Origin: Nitrospirota bacterium
Lineage (GTDB): Bacteria; Nitrospirota; Nitrospiria; 2-01-FULL-66-17
DNA length: 64,000 bases
Reading direction: 5' to 3'
NCBI GenBank assembly: GCA_049325335.1
Contig: JBMOMC010000007.1
Coordinates: forward strand, 128,170 to 192,169
The position numbers and the translations under genes were made by a program. This document shows, one piece after another, positions 39,093-48,287 of this stretch (position 1 is its first letter; each line of letters starts with the position of its first letter). Below the pieces are notes generated by a model, which saw nothing but the letters and a program-made list of their open reading frames with translations, searched no databases and had not been told where the DNA came from.

Positions 39093-41666
39093 ATGGCCGA
39101 ACCCACGCCATTGATGCGCCAGTACGACGCGCTCAAGGCCAATCATCCTGGGACCTTGCTGTTGTTCCGGGTGGGCGACTTCTACGAGTTGTTCGGCGAC
39201 GACGCGGTCGTGGCCGCCCCCATCCTGCAAATCGCGCTGACCTCGCGCGACAAGAACAAAGACACCGGCATCCCCCTCTGCGGCGTGCCGTACCACGCGG
39301 CGTCCGGATACATCGCCAAGCTGCTCGCGGCGGGCAAACGCGTGGCCCTGGCCGAACAAATGGAGGAACCGAAACCCGGCGCCCTGGTGGCGCGCGACGT
39401 GGTGCGCGTGCTCACCCCGGGCACGGTGGTCGACGACACGTTGCTCTGCGGATCCGAACACGCGTATCTCGCAGCGGTGCTCCGCGACGGCGACGAGGCC
39501 GCGATTGCGCGCGTGGACGTGTCCACCGGAGATTTCGACGTGGCCTCCTCGCGCGGGCCCCAGGCGGCCGCGCTGTCGGCCGACGAATTGGCGCGGACCG
39601 ACCCGCGCGAGGTCTTGGTCGGTCCCGGATGGGCCGACCCTCCGCGCCCCGGCGCCGTGTATCAAGCCTGCCCGCCGGAGGCCTTCGACTCGGCTGAGGC
39701 CGATCGCGCGTTACGCGAACAGTTTCCCGACGCCGAGGCGTGGACGGCGTTGTCCCCGATCGAACGGCGAGCGGCCGGCGCCCTGATTCGATACGTGCGG
39801 CACACGCTCAAGGGCCGCTGCGCCGCGCTCTCGCCGCCGACGCGCTCCGCGGCGGGCGACACCCTCGACGTCGACGAATCGGCGCAACGCACCTTGGAAC
39901 TGGTCCGCGGCGGCGATGGATCTCGGCAACACTCTCTCTTGGCCGTGCTCGACGAGACCGTCACCGCGATGGGTGGACGGTTGCTTCGCGATCGGCTGCT
40001 CCACCCGCTCTGCGCCATCCCCGCGATCGAGGCCCGACTCGACGACGTCGCCGCGTTCGTGGCCGATCCCGAGACGCGCGCCGTCCTACGCGAGCACCTC
40101 GGGACGATCGGCGACGTGGAACGCGCGGTATCGCGCGCCGCGGTGGGATCGTCGACCCCTCGGGACCTCGCCATGCTCGGCCGTTCGTTGGAAGCCGGCG
40201 CCGGTATCGCGAAACTCCTTACCGCAAGCTCCGAGCCCCGAGTACGCGCCATGGGCGAGCATTGGCCCGACTTCGGTCGATTGATCGACCGCCTCTCCGC
40301 GGCGCTCGTGCCCTCGCCGCCGCCGACCGCACGCGACGGCGGCGTGATCCGAGAAGGGTACCACCAAGAACTCGACGCGCTGCGGGTACTGCGCCGCGAC
40401 GCCTCCGCCTGGCTCGCGCAGTTGGAAGCGCGCGAGCGCGCGCGGACCGGGATCGACTCGCTGAAAGTTCGCCACAACCACGTGTTCGGCTACTACCTGG
40501 AAGTCACCAAAGCCAACGCCGGCCGCGTGCCTCCCGAGTATCGGCGCCGGCAAACCCTGGTCAACGCGGAACGGTACGTGATCCCGGAACTCCTGGACTT
40601 GGAGTCCAAGATCACCGGCGCGGACGAGAAAAGCCGCGCGCTGGAAATCCGGCTGATCGAAGAGTTGCGCGAAGCCGTGGTCGCACACGCCGCGGGCATC
40701 CAGGCCTACGCCCGACGTCTGGCCACCATCGACGTGGCCGCCGGGCTCGCCCACGCCGCCTCGTGCAACCGATGGGTCCGGCCGACCATGGTCGCGGAAC
40801 CCGTGCTCCGGCTGCGCGAGAGCCGTCATCCGGTGGTCGAGCGCGGTCTGCCCGCCCAGCACTTCGTCCCCAACGATACGGACATGGACGGCGGCTCCAC
40901 GCGGCTGGCATTGCTCACGGGCCCCAACATGGCGGGCAAGTCCACCTACATGCGCCAGGTGGCACTGATCGTCATCATGGCGCAGATGGGCTCGTACGTG
41001 CCGGCGGAAGAGGCCGTGATCGGATTGGTGGACCGGCTGTTCGCGCGCGTGGGCGCGCAGGACGACATCGCGGGCGGGCGCAGCACGTTTATGGTCGAGA
41101 TGAGCGAAACCGCGGCGATTCTCGCCCGCGCCACCCCACGCAGCTTGATCCTGCTCGACGAGATCGGCCGCGGGACCAGTACGTTCGACGGCATCAGCAT
41201 TGCCTGGGCGGTGGCGGAAGACGTGCACACGCGCATCGGCGCGCGCACCTTGTTCGCCACCCACTATCACGAACTGACCGCGCTCGCCGACTCCTTGCCC
41301 GGACTCAAGAACTACAAAGCCGCGGTGCGGGAGTGGAACGAGGAAATCGTCTTCATGCGGAAGATCGTCGCGGGTGGAGCCGACCGCAGCTACGGCATCC
41401 AGGTGGCGCGATTAGCCGGCCTTCCCGATACGGTCATCCGACGCGCGCGTGAAATCTTGCGCGATCTGGAACAACGCGGATCTCATTCCCAGGCATCGCC
41501 GCGCCCCGACGCCCAACCGGACCTCTTCGCCGCACCCGTTCACCCCATTGTGGCGGAAATCTCCGGGCTCGACGTCTCGCGGCTGACCCCCATCGACGCG
41601 CTCAATATCCTGGACCGGTTGAAAAAACGGATCGACGGAACGGACGGTCGCCAAGCCCTCGACTAA
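39093..41666 (+). CDS. mutS: DNA mismatch repair protein MutS
   Basis: MAEPTPLMRQYDALKANHPGTLLLFRVGDFYELFGDDA..., Walker A GPNMAGKSTYMRQ, and ...STFMVEMSETA...DEIGRGTSTFDG. Confidence 0.95.
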   Translation: MAEPTPLMRQYDALKANHPGTLLLFRVGDFYELFGDDAVVAAPILQIALTSRDKNKDTGIPLCGVPYHAASGYIAKLLAAGKRVALAEQMEEPKPGALVARDVVRVLTPGTVVDDTLLCGSEHAYLAAVLRDGDEAAIARVDVSTGDFDVASSRGPQAAALSADELARTDPREVLVGPGWADPPRPGAVYQACPPEAFDSAEADRALREQFPDAEAWTALSPIERRAAGALIRYVRHTLKGRCAALSPPTRSAAGDTLDVDESAQRTLELVRGGDGSRQHSLLAVLDETVTAMGGRLLRDRLLHPLCAIPAIEARLDDVAAFVADPETRAVLREHLGTIGDVERAVSRAAVGSSTPRDLAMLGRSLEAGAGIAKLLTASSEPRVRAMGEHWPDFGRLIDRLSAALVPSPPPTARDGGVIREGYHQELDALRVLRRDASAWLAQLEARERARTGIDSLKVRHNHVFGYYLEVTKANAGRVPPEYRRRQTLVNAERYVIPELLDLESKITGADEKSRALEIRLIEELREAVVAHAAGIQAYARRLATIDVAAGLAHAASCNRWVRPTMVAEPVLRLRESRHPVVERGLPAQHFVPNDTDMDGGSTRLALLTGPNMAGKSTYMRQVALIVIMAQMGSYVPAEEAVIGLVDRLFARVGAQDDIAGGRSTFMVEMSETAAILARATPRSLILLDEIGRGTSTFDGISIAWAVAEDVHTRIGARTLFATHYHELTALADSLPGLKNYKAAVREWNEEIVFMRKIVAGGADRSYGIQVARLAGLPDTVIRRAREILRDLEQRGSHSQASPRPDAQPDLFAAPVHPIVAEISGLDVSRLTPIDALNILDRLKKRIDGTDGRQALD

Positions 41667-42400
41667 TCGGCCGCGGACAGTTTGGCGAGATACCCGCGAA
41701 TACGACGCGCGTTCGCGCCGACGTCGCTTCGGCCCACGCGCGAGAGCGACCGCACGTCGATGCGACTGCCGGACTCCGTCGCGGACACGCGCACCACCAC
41801 GTCGTCTTTGAACCCGAACCAGAACGTGGTGGCCGTGGCCTCGATCCGACCGTGCGCGGGGTTGGCGTCGATGATCTCCCACTCCATGTCGCGCACCGCC
41901 TCCAACGCCCGGTCGAACGCCTGGGTTACGGGCATCGCCAGCGTGAGCGGCCCGATGTCCGGATACGCGCGTCGTTGCTGATCCGCCACCGGCGTTCCCG
42001 CGTACTCCACGGCGTTTGGCGCGCCGCGACGCAACGGAACCACCGCGGAAAACGACGGGGGATTCTCAAGGTCGGTCGTGATGTCGTGGATCGCGGGCAG
42101 ACTACGCGCCTGGACCAACTGCCACGCGGGAAGACCGGCCGCCGCGAGCCCGATGAGCACGCCGAGGATCGCCGACGCGCGGCCTCGCTTCTTGCCCCCG
42201 CGCGTCGCGAACACCCCGATCAAGGACAGCACGGCGCCGATCAGCGCGCCCGCCACCGCCCACCCGAGCACGCGGAATCCCGCGCCGAACGTCCACAAAT
42301 CCGCCCGGGCCCCGAAGCCCGCCAGCGCGCAGGCGACGGCGGAGGCGAGCGCGACCAGGAACCCCCATTTGGCGAACCACGAGGACGGGCGACCGCTCAC
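41663..42400 (-). CDS. DUF1499-family membrane protein
   Basis: N-terminal TM helices, then ...ATESGSRIDVRSLSRVGRSDVGANARRIRGYL, the DUF1499 signature. Converges on mutS with a 4-nt overlap. Confidence 0.6.
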   Translation of the reverse strand: MSGRPSSWFAKWGFLVALASAVACALAGFGARADLWTFGAGFRVLGWAVAGALIGAVLSLIGVFATRGGKKRGRASAILGVLIGLAAAGLPAWQLVQARSLPAIHDITTDLENPPSFSAVVPLRRGAPNAVEYAGTPVADQQRRAYPDIGPLTLAMPVTQAFDRALEAVRDMEWEIIDANPAHGRIEATATTFWFGFKDDVVVRVSATESGSRIDVRSLSRVGRSDVGANARRIRGYLAKLSAAD

Positions 42401-42401
42401 C

Positions 42402-42884
42402 TCACCCCCACTCCGGCAGTGCGCTCACGGCATCCCATTCGCGCGCGGTCACGGGCTGCACGGACAACCGCATTCCGCGGCGGAGCACGACCATGGACGT
42501 GAGGGCCGGAATCGCCCTGAGGCGATCGAGCGAGATCAGCGTCTTGCACGCGCGGACGAACCGCACGTCCACCATGTACCAGGTCGGACGGTTCGGATCG
42601 CTCTTGGGATCGTAGTGCACGTCGTCCGGGTCGAACGCGGTGAAATCGGGATACCCGTCGCAGACCACGACGGCTTCGCCCGCAATGCCGGGAGGCTGCG
42701 TATTGCTGTGATAGTACAGGACGCCGTCACCGGTTTTGATCTCGTCGCGCAGGAAGTTGCGGGCCTGATAATTCCGAACCCCGTCCCAACACGTGGTCCG
42801 GTCCTTGGCCCGTCGCAGATCCTCGATCGAAAACACGTCCGGCTCGGATTTCATCAACCAGAACGCCCTGCCGTTTCTCCCCAT
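42402..42884 (-). CDS. EVE (PUA-like) domain protein
   Basis: FWLMKSEPDVFSIEDL...GVRNYQARNFLRDEIKTGDGVLYYHS, the typical EVE family N-terminus. The ORF is open to 42911. Confidence 0.7.
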   Translation of the reverse strand: MGRNGRAFWLMKSEPDVFSIEDLRRAKDRTTCWDGVRNYQARNFLRDEIKTGDGVLYYHSNTQPPGIAGEAVVVCDGYPDFTAFDPDDVHYDPKSDPNRPTWYMVDVRFVRACKTLISLDRLRAIPALTSMVVLRRGMRLSVQPVTAREWDAVSALPEWG

Positions 42885-42914
42885 CGCCCCATCTCCGGTT
42901 CTCCCGCTCACGCC

Positions 42915-43673
42915 CTAGGCTCTCTCCAAGCCCCAGCGGCGCCGGACCCGGTGTTCCAACGGGGAGAAGACCAAGCGTTCCATGGCCAGGCCGAGCAGTA
43001 CGATGATTAGCATGACGGCCATCACCCGGGGCATGTCCGCGATTTCCCGGCCTTTGACCAATTCGGCGCCCAGCCCCAGGCTCACAAACAACATTTCTCC
43101 CGCAATGATGGCGTGCCACCCGAACGTCCATCCGATCTTGATCCCGGTCATGATCGAGGGCAACGCGGCGGGCAACACCACGTTGACGTACAATGTGACG
43201 CCGCCGGCGCCCATGGTCCGCGCCGCGCGGCGGTAGATCGGAGGGACGTTCCTGATCCCGTCCGCGGTGGACATGGCCACCGAGTTGACCACGCCCATGA
43301 CGATCACGAACAGGATCGCGCCGTCGTTGAGGCCGAACCACAAGAGGCCCATCGGCAACCACGCGATATTGGGCAAACTCTGAAGCCCGATCATCAGCGG
43401 ACCGACGGTCTCGCGGACCACGCGCAGACTGCCGATGGCTAGCCCCAGTCCGATGCCGATGATCAACGCCGCGCTAAAACCGATCACAAACCGGCTCAGG
43501 CTCGTCCCCACCGCGTTCAGAAAGGTCCGGTCCGCGATGCCGAGCCGAAGCGCCTCAAACACCTCGCCCGGTCCGGGAAACAGGTAGTCGGGCCAGACGC
43601 CCAAGCGGACCACGCCGTCCCACAGCAGCACCAGCAGGGCGAAGAACCCGACCCGAATCGCGTTATCACGCAT
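42915..43673 (-). CDS. ABC transporter permease (NitT/TauT family, SsuC/TauC-like)
   Basis: Six TM helices. ...LVFSPLE... and the EAA-like loop AARTMGAGGVTLYVNVVLPAALP. Confidence 0.8.
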   Translation of the reverse strand: MRDNAIRVGFFALLVLLWDGVVRLGVWPDYLFPGPGEVFEALRLGIADRTFLNAVGTSLSRFVIGFSAALIIGIGLGLAIGSLRVVRETVGPLMIGLQSLPNIAWLPMGLLWFGLNDGAILFVIVMGVVNSVAMSTADGIRNVPPIYRRAARTMGAGGVTLYVNVVLPAALPSIMTGIKIGWTFGWHAIIAGEMLFVSLGLGAELVKGREIADMPRVMAVMLIIVLLGLAMERLVFSPLEHRVRRRWGLERA

Positions 43674-44697
43674 CGCCCAACTCGGCTTTCACGGCCTTAT
43701 CGACTTCCGCCCGCAAGGCCTTGATGATCAACGCGGACGTATCGATCAGACCGGGATCTTCCAAGTGACGAGGGCGGTGGTGGTTGATGACAAACGTCTC
43801 CTTGATCCGACCGGGACGGTACGTCATCACCGCGATCCGGCTCGCCAGACACACGGCTTCGCGCACATTATGGGTGATGAACAGAATCGTTTTGTTCGTG
43901 GCGGTCCAGATCTCCTGCAATTCCACGTGGAGCAAATCGCGCGTCTGCGCGTCCAACGCGGCGAACGGCTCGTCCATCAGCAAGATGTCGGGATCCATGG
44001 CCAACCCCCGCGCGATAGCCACGCGCTGGCGCATCCCGCCGGAGAGTTCGTGGATCAATGAATCCGCGAACCGCGTCAGGTGCACCATCTTGATGTAGTC
44101 CATGGCCAAGTCGCGCCGCACCGCGGGCTCCACGCCATTGATCTTGAGGCCGAATTCCACGTTCTGGCGCACGTTGAGCCACGGAAACAATGCGCCGTCC
44201 TGGAATACCACCACCCGATCCGCGCCCGCGCCGGTCACGGGATGGCCTTTGATGCTGACGCGCCCCGCGCTAGGGAACTCCAATCCCGCGATCAGGTTCA
44301 GCAACGTGGACTTGCCGCAGCCCGACGGCCCGACAATACACACGAATTCACCCTCAAGGATTTGCAGATCGATGTCTTCGAGCGCCGTAATTTCTCCGCC
44401 GCTGGACGAGTACTTCTTGACGACCCCCTCCAACGTGACGCTGACCGGCTTGGGCGCTTCATTACCCTTGGTGATGATCAGGCGCCATAACCCGGGCTCC
44501 TCGATCATGGTGAACGAATACCCCATATCCCGGCAGAATCGCGGCGTGGTTTCTCGAGCGGTCGGCAAGTGGTCGGTCTGCGCCTCCAAGACCTGGCCTT
44601 CCTGCAACCCGTCCAATGCCTTTTTGATCATCAACAACGGATAGGGACACTGGTGTCGACGGACGTCCACCACCGCGTGCGGCGTCCCAGGACTCAT
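43666..44697 (-). CDS. TusA-like domain fused to ABC transporter ATP-binding protein (SsuB/TauB-like)
   Basis: N-terminal HQCPYPLLMIKKALDGLQEGQVLEAQTDHLPTARETTPRFCRDMGYSF aligns with TusA ([47 protein letters not shown]). This is followed by Walker A GPSGCGKSTLLN, the LSGGMRQR signature and Walker B ILLMDEP. Confidence 0.8.
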   Translation of the reverse strand: MSPGTPHAVVDVRRHQCPYPLLMIKKALDGLQEGQVLEAQTDHLPTARETTPRFCRDMGYSFTMIEEPGLWRLIITKGNEAPKPVSVTLEGVVKKYSSSGGEITALEDIDLQILEGEFVCIVGPSGCGKSTLLNLIAGLEFPSAGRVSIKGHPVTGAGADRVVVFQDGALFPWLNVRQNVEFGLKINGVEPAVRRDLAMDYIKMVHLTRFADSLIHELSGGMRQRVAIARGLAMDPDILLMDEPFAALDAQTRDLLHVELQEIWTATNKTILFITHNVREAVCLASRIAVMTYRPGRIKETFVINHHRPRHLEDPGLIDTSALIIKALRAEVDKAVKAELGDA

Positions 44698-45725
44698 GGC
44701 GGGCTCCCCGTCGCGGCGACCGGAATCGCGTCGGCTAACCATCGCCCATCGACGATCCGGGAAAGGTCCGGTTCCCGCCGACCCAGAAAACCCTGGTCGA
44801 ACGCCCAGCGGGCCATGTGGACGAGGGACGGCACGATGGGGTCGGTGGTAAACGCGACCCGGCCCCATGCCTCGTCCAGCACCGTCGCACCAAGCGGTTT
44901 CCCGACCAACTGCTTGAGCGCCTCGTTCGTCAGACGTTTCGCGTCCTCCGGCTGCGCAACGATGCGCGCGGTGAGTTCGACGTGGGCCTGGACCCACCGC
45001 GTCGCCAGTTCAGGATGCGCGGCGAGAAACCGGGGGTGCGCCACCAGCACCGTCGTGGCGAATCGCCCGTTGGTCAGGCGCTGCCACTCCTCGCGTTCAT
45101 CGAACAATACGCGGCCGCCGCCCTCGTGCACCAAACGCGACACCCACGGCTCCGCGGTCCACGCCGCGTCGAGTTCCCCGCGTCGGAACATGGTCAGTTG
45201 CTCCGCGTTGGCCATCGGGATCACCCGCACGTCGCCGCCCCGCTCCATCACGTCCAACCCGTGCTCTACGAGCCAGCCGCGCAATGCCACGTCCTGCGTG
45301 TTCCCCAGTTGCGGCGTGGCGACCCGTTTGCCGTGAAAATCCGCCGGACCGTTGATCCCCGCCCCGTCCCGCACCACGAGCGCGGCCCCGCCGTCGGCGG
45401 ACCCGGAAATTATCCTCAGGGCCTCGCCCCGCGATTTCACGTACCCCACGATGGCCGGTCCGGTCCCCAGGTACGCCACATCCAGTTCACCCGCAAACAA
45501 GGCCTGCACCGCGGCCGGTCCCGCGCTGAAGAGTTTCCACGAGATGGCGGCGTCCGGACCCAACGCCCGCGCGAACGACCCGTCCGCGCGTCCGATCAAC
45601 GCCTGGGCGTGGGTGATGTTGGGAAAATGGGCGACGCGAACCGTGACGGGCGCCGCAGCCGCAACCGGAATCGTTGCGAACCACCATCCGAGCGCGATCG
45701 CCGCGCAAAGGGTCCATTGACGCAT
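44694..45725 (-). CDS. ABC transporter substrate-binding protein (NMT1/SsuA/TauA-like)
   Basis: Signal peptide (AAIALGWWFATIPVAAAAPVTV), then ...RVAHFPNITHAQALIG...LDVAYLGTGPAIVG. Confidence 0.75.
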   Translation of the reverse strand: MRQWTLCAAIALGWWFATIPVAAAAPVTVRVAHFPNITHAQALIGRADGSFARALGPDAAISWKLFSAGPAAVQALFAGELDVAYLGTGPAIVGYVKSRGEALRIISGSADGGAALVVRDGAGINGPADFHGKRVATPQLGNTQDVALRGWLVEHGLDVMERGGDVRVIPMANAEQLTMFRRGELDAAWTAEPWVSRLVHEGGGRVLFDEREEWQRLTNGRFATTVLVAHPRFLAAHPELATRWVQAHVELTARIVAQPEDAKRLTNEALKQLVGKPLGATVLDEAWGRVAFTTDPIVPSLVHMARWAFDQGFLGRREPDLSRIVDGRWLADAIPVAATGSPP

Positions 45726-45795
45726 TGAAGTCAGAATAAGGGATCGACGGACAGGCCGTCAAGAACGGCGAGCGCGGCCAGCGCTCGCCGCGGGA

Positions 45796-46452
45796 TCACC
45801 CCGCGGTTGAGCCGACCGGACACATCACGCCGGTCCCGCCCAGCCCGCAGTACCCGCCCGGGTTCTTGGCCAAATACTGCTGGTGGTAGGCTTCGGCGTA
45901 ATAGAACGGCGGGGCATCAAGGATCTCGGTCGTGACGGGGCCGAATCCTCCGGCGCGCAGGGCCTCTTGGTATGCGTCGCGCGAAGCCAGCGCCGCGGCC
46001 AGTTGCGTGGCCCCGTACGCGTAGATCCCGGAACGATATTGGGTGCCGATGTCGTTGCCCTGGCGCATGCCTTGGGTCGGGTCGTGCGCCTCCCAAAACA
46101 CCGTCAGCAACCGCTCGTAGGTCACCGCCGCGGGATCAAAGACGACGAGCACGACTTCGTTGTGGCCGGTCAGTCCGGTGCAGACCTCCTCGTAGGTGGG
46201 ATTACGCGTCGTGCCGCCCGCGTACCCGACCGCGGTGGTGTAGACGCCTTTGGTTTGCCAGAACCGCTTCTCCGCGCCCCAAAAGCAGCCCATGCCAAAC
46301 ATCGCGCGCTCACACCCGTCAGGAAACGGGGGTTGCAGCGAGCGCCCCAGCACCGCGTGCCGCGCCGGAACCGGCATCGCCTCGGCTCGACCAGGCAACG
46401 CCTCATCAGACCTCGGCATACGAATCTTGTGTTCCAGTCCCCAGAACGCCAT
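45796..46452 (-). CDS. msrA: peptide methionine sulfoxide reductase MsrA
   Basis: [15 protein letters not shown]...GYAGG...EVV...YHQQYL. Confidence 0.85.
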   Translation of the reverse strand: MAFWGLEHKIRMPRSDEALPGRAEAMPVPARHAVLGRSLQPPFPDGCERAMFGMGCFWGAEKRFWQTKGVYTTAVGYAGGTTRNPTYEEVCTGLTGHNEVVLVVFDPAAVTYERLLTVFWEAHDPTQGMRQGNDIGTQYRSGIYAYGATQLAAALASRDAYQEALRAGGFGPVTTEILDAPPFYYAEAYHQQYLAKNPGGYCGLGGTGVMCPVGSTAG

Positions 46453-46461
46453 GGTCAGGCC

Positions 46462-46836
46462 TCAACGCCGCTTGCGCGACTTGTCCCGCATCACTTCGAC
46501 GGCAAACGCTCCGACGGTGGGCGCAATCGGCGGCCCGGGTTTGGTGATGCGGACCCGGACCTCGCGAACCCGAGGTCTCGCCAACACGGTTTCCGCCGCC
46601 TCGATCGCCAAGGATTCCAACAAAGCGTATCGCGCCTTGTCCCCGATCTCGACGATCTGCCGGCACACGTCCGCGTAGTCCACGGTGGTCTCGAGGCCGC
46701 CCCGCAGTGCGCCCCGGTCCAGGTCGATCGCCATCTCCACGTCCGCGAGCACCCGCTGGCCGACCGCGCGTTCCTCCTCGGTGATCCCGCAATGGGTGAA
46801 GACGGCCAGGCCGGAAATGAGGAGGCGGTCGCTCAT
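46462..46836 (-). CDS. folB: dihydroneopterin aldolase
   Basis: [33 protein letters not shown]...ADVCRQIVE: FolB fold, ~120 aa. Confidence 0.8.
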   Translation of the reverse strand: MSDRLLISGLAVFTHCGITEEERAVGQRVLADVEMAIDLDRGALRGGLETTVDYADVCRQIVEIGDKARYALLESLAIEAAETVLARPRVREVRVRITKPGPPIAPTVGAFAVEVMRDKSRKRR

Positions 46837-47483
46837 GACGCGCCGCGGCGAATCAGATCCAGGAATTCTCCACGCGCCTTGTAGTCCGCTTTGAAAGCGC
46901 CCAACATGGCGCTGGTCACCGCCAGGGTATTTTGTTTTTCAACGCCGCGCATCATCATGCAGAGGTGTTGTCCCTCCATCACCACGGCCACGCCCAGCGG
47001 TTCGATACGGGACTGGATGGTCTCCGCGATCTGCTGGGTGAGCCGTTCCTGGACCTGGAGGCGTCGGCTGAAAATGTCCACCAGACGCGGCAGTTTTGAG
47101 AGCCCGATGATCTGTTTGTTCGGTAGGTAGGCCACGTGGCATTTCCCGAAAAACGGCAACAAGTGGTGCTCGCACAACGAATAAAAATCGATGTCGCGGA
47201 CGATCACCATTTCGTTGTATTCGATCGGGAACAAGGCGCCGTTGAGCGCGTCGTCCACGTCCTGTTGATAGCCGGACGTAAAGTGACGGAACGCTTGTTC
47301 GACCCGCTTCGGCGTGTTCAGCAATCCGTCGCGCCGAGGGTCTTCGCCGAGCAACGCCAACAACTGTCCGATCAGGTCCTCGATCCGCTGCGCCGTCTGC
47401 ACGCCGTCGCCGTCCACGGAGTCGGACGAATCCCGATTCGCTGACCGCCCGCTCGCCGCGTGAAGACGATCTTGCTTGCTCAC
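46833..47483 (-). CDS. folE: GTP cyclohydrolase I
   Basis: ...[11 protein letters not shown]...[34 protein letters not shown]...LQVQERLT. The ORF is open to 47567; start placed just after the queC stop. Confidence 0.85.
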   Translation of the reverse strand: MSKQDRLHAASGRSANRDSSDSVDGDGVQTAQRIEDLIGQLLALLGEDPRRDGLLNTPKRVEQAFRHFTSGYQQDVDDALNGALFPIEYNEMVIVRDIDFYSLCEHHLLPFFGKCHVAYLPNKQIIGLSKLPRLVDIFSRRLQVQERLTQQIAETIQSRIEPLGVAVVMEGQHLCMMMRGVEKQNTLAVTSAMLGAFKADYKARGEFLDLIRRGAS

Positions 47484-48181
47484 GATCCCACTCCCGCCTT
47501 GGATGGGGCATACCGCGTCGGATCGTGAATGCCGGCCGCCGCGAATCCCCCGCGGCGAATTCGGCAACTGTCACAGCGCCCGCACGCCAGATACCCGATC
47601 GGATCATAACAGCTATGCGTGAGTTCAAAGGGCACGCCAAGGGCCGCGCCTCGACTGATGATCTCGGCTTTAGCCAGACCGCTCAGCGGCGCCACCACCT
47701 CCACGCCCCGCCCGGACTCCACGCCGGCCCGGGTGGCCAACCGCGTCAGGTCCTGGAACGCGGCGAGATATTCGGGCCGACAATCCGGGTAGCCGGAGTA
47801 ATCCACGGCATTCACGCCGATACCGATCGCGCCGGCGCCCAACGTTTCGGCCCAGGCCAGCGCCAGGGAAAGCAAGATGGTGTTCCGGGCCGGAACATAT
47901 GTCGCCGGGATTCCCGCCGAGCCGATGGCGCGGTCTTTGGGCACGGGCGTCACATCCGTTAACGCCGACCCCCCGAACGCCCGCAGATCAACGCGCACGA
48001 CGCGATGGGGCGCATGGTAGTACTCGGCCACCGCGCGCGCGCGCTCCAATTCCACCGCATGTCGTTGGCCGTAATCCACTGTCAGGGCGTATACCTCGCG
48101 CCCGTCGGCGCGCACTATCGCCGCGGCAACCGCGGAATCAAGCCCTCCGCTCACCAGAAATACGACGGCTGTCGACCGCAT
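47480..48181 (-). CDS. queC: 7-cyano-7-deazaguanine synthase
   Basis: [17 protein letters not shown]...YGQRH...[21 protein letters not shown], with a C-terminal Zn-binding Cys cluster. Confidence 0.9.
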   Translation of the reverse strand: MRSTAVVFLVSGGLDSAVAAAIVRADGREVYALTVDYGQRHAVELERARAVAEYYHAPHRVVRVDLRAFGGSALTDVTPVPKDRAIGSAGIPATYVPARNTILLSLALAWAETLGAGAIGIGVNAVDYSGYPDCRPEYLAAFQDLTRLATRAGVESGRGVEVVAPLSGLAKAEIISRGAALGVPFELTHSCYDPIGYLACGRCDSCRIRRGGFAAAGIHDPTRYAPSKAGVGS

Positions 48182-48287
48182 CGTTCGCTCGCGAAAAAGG
48201 GAATTCAGTATAGCACCGCCGCGTCACGAGCGGCAAGGAAGGACCGTCCCGATAGGCGAACGGACCGGTTGACGCGGACCGCGAGGA

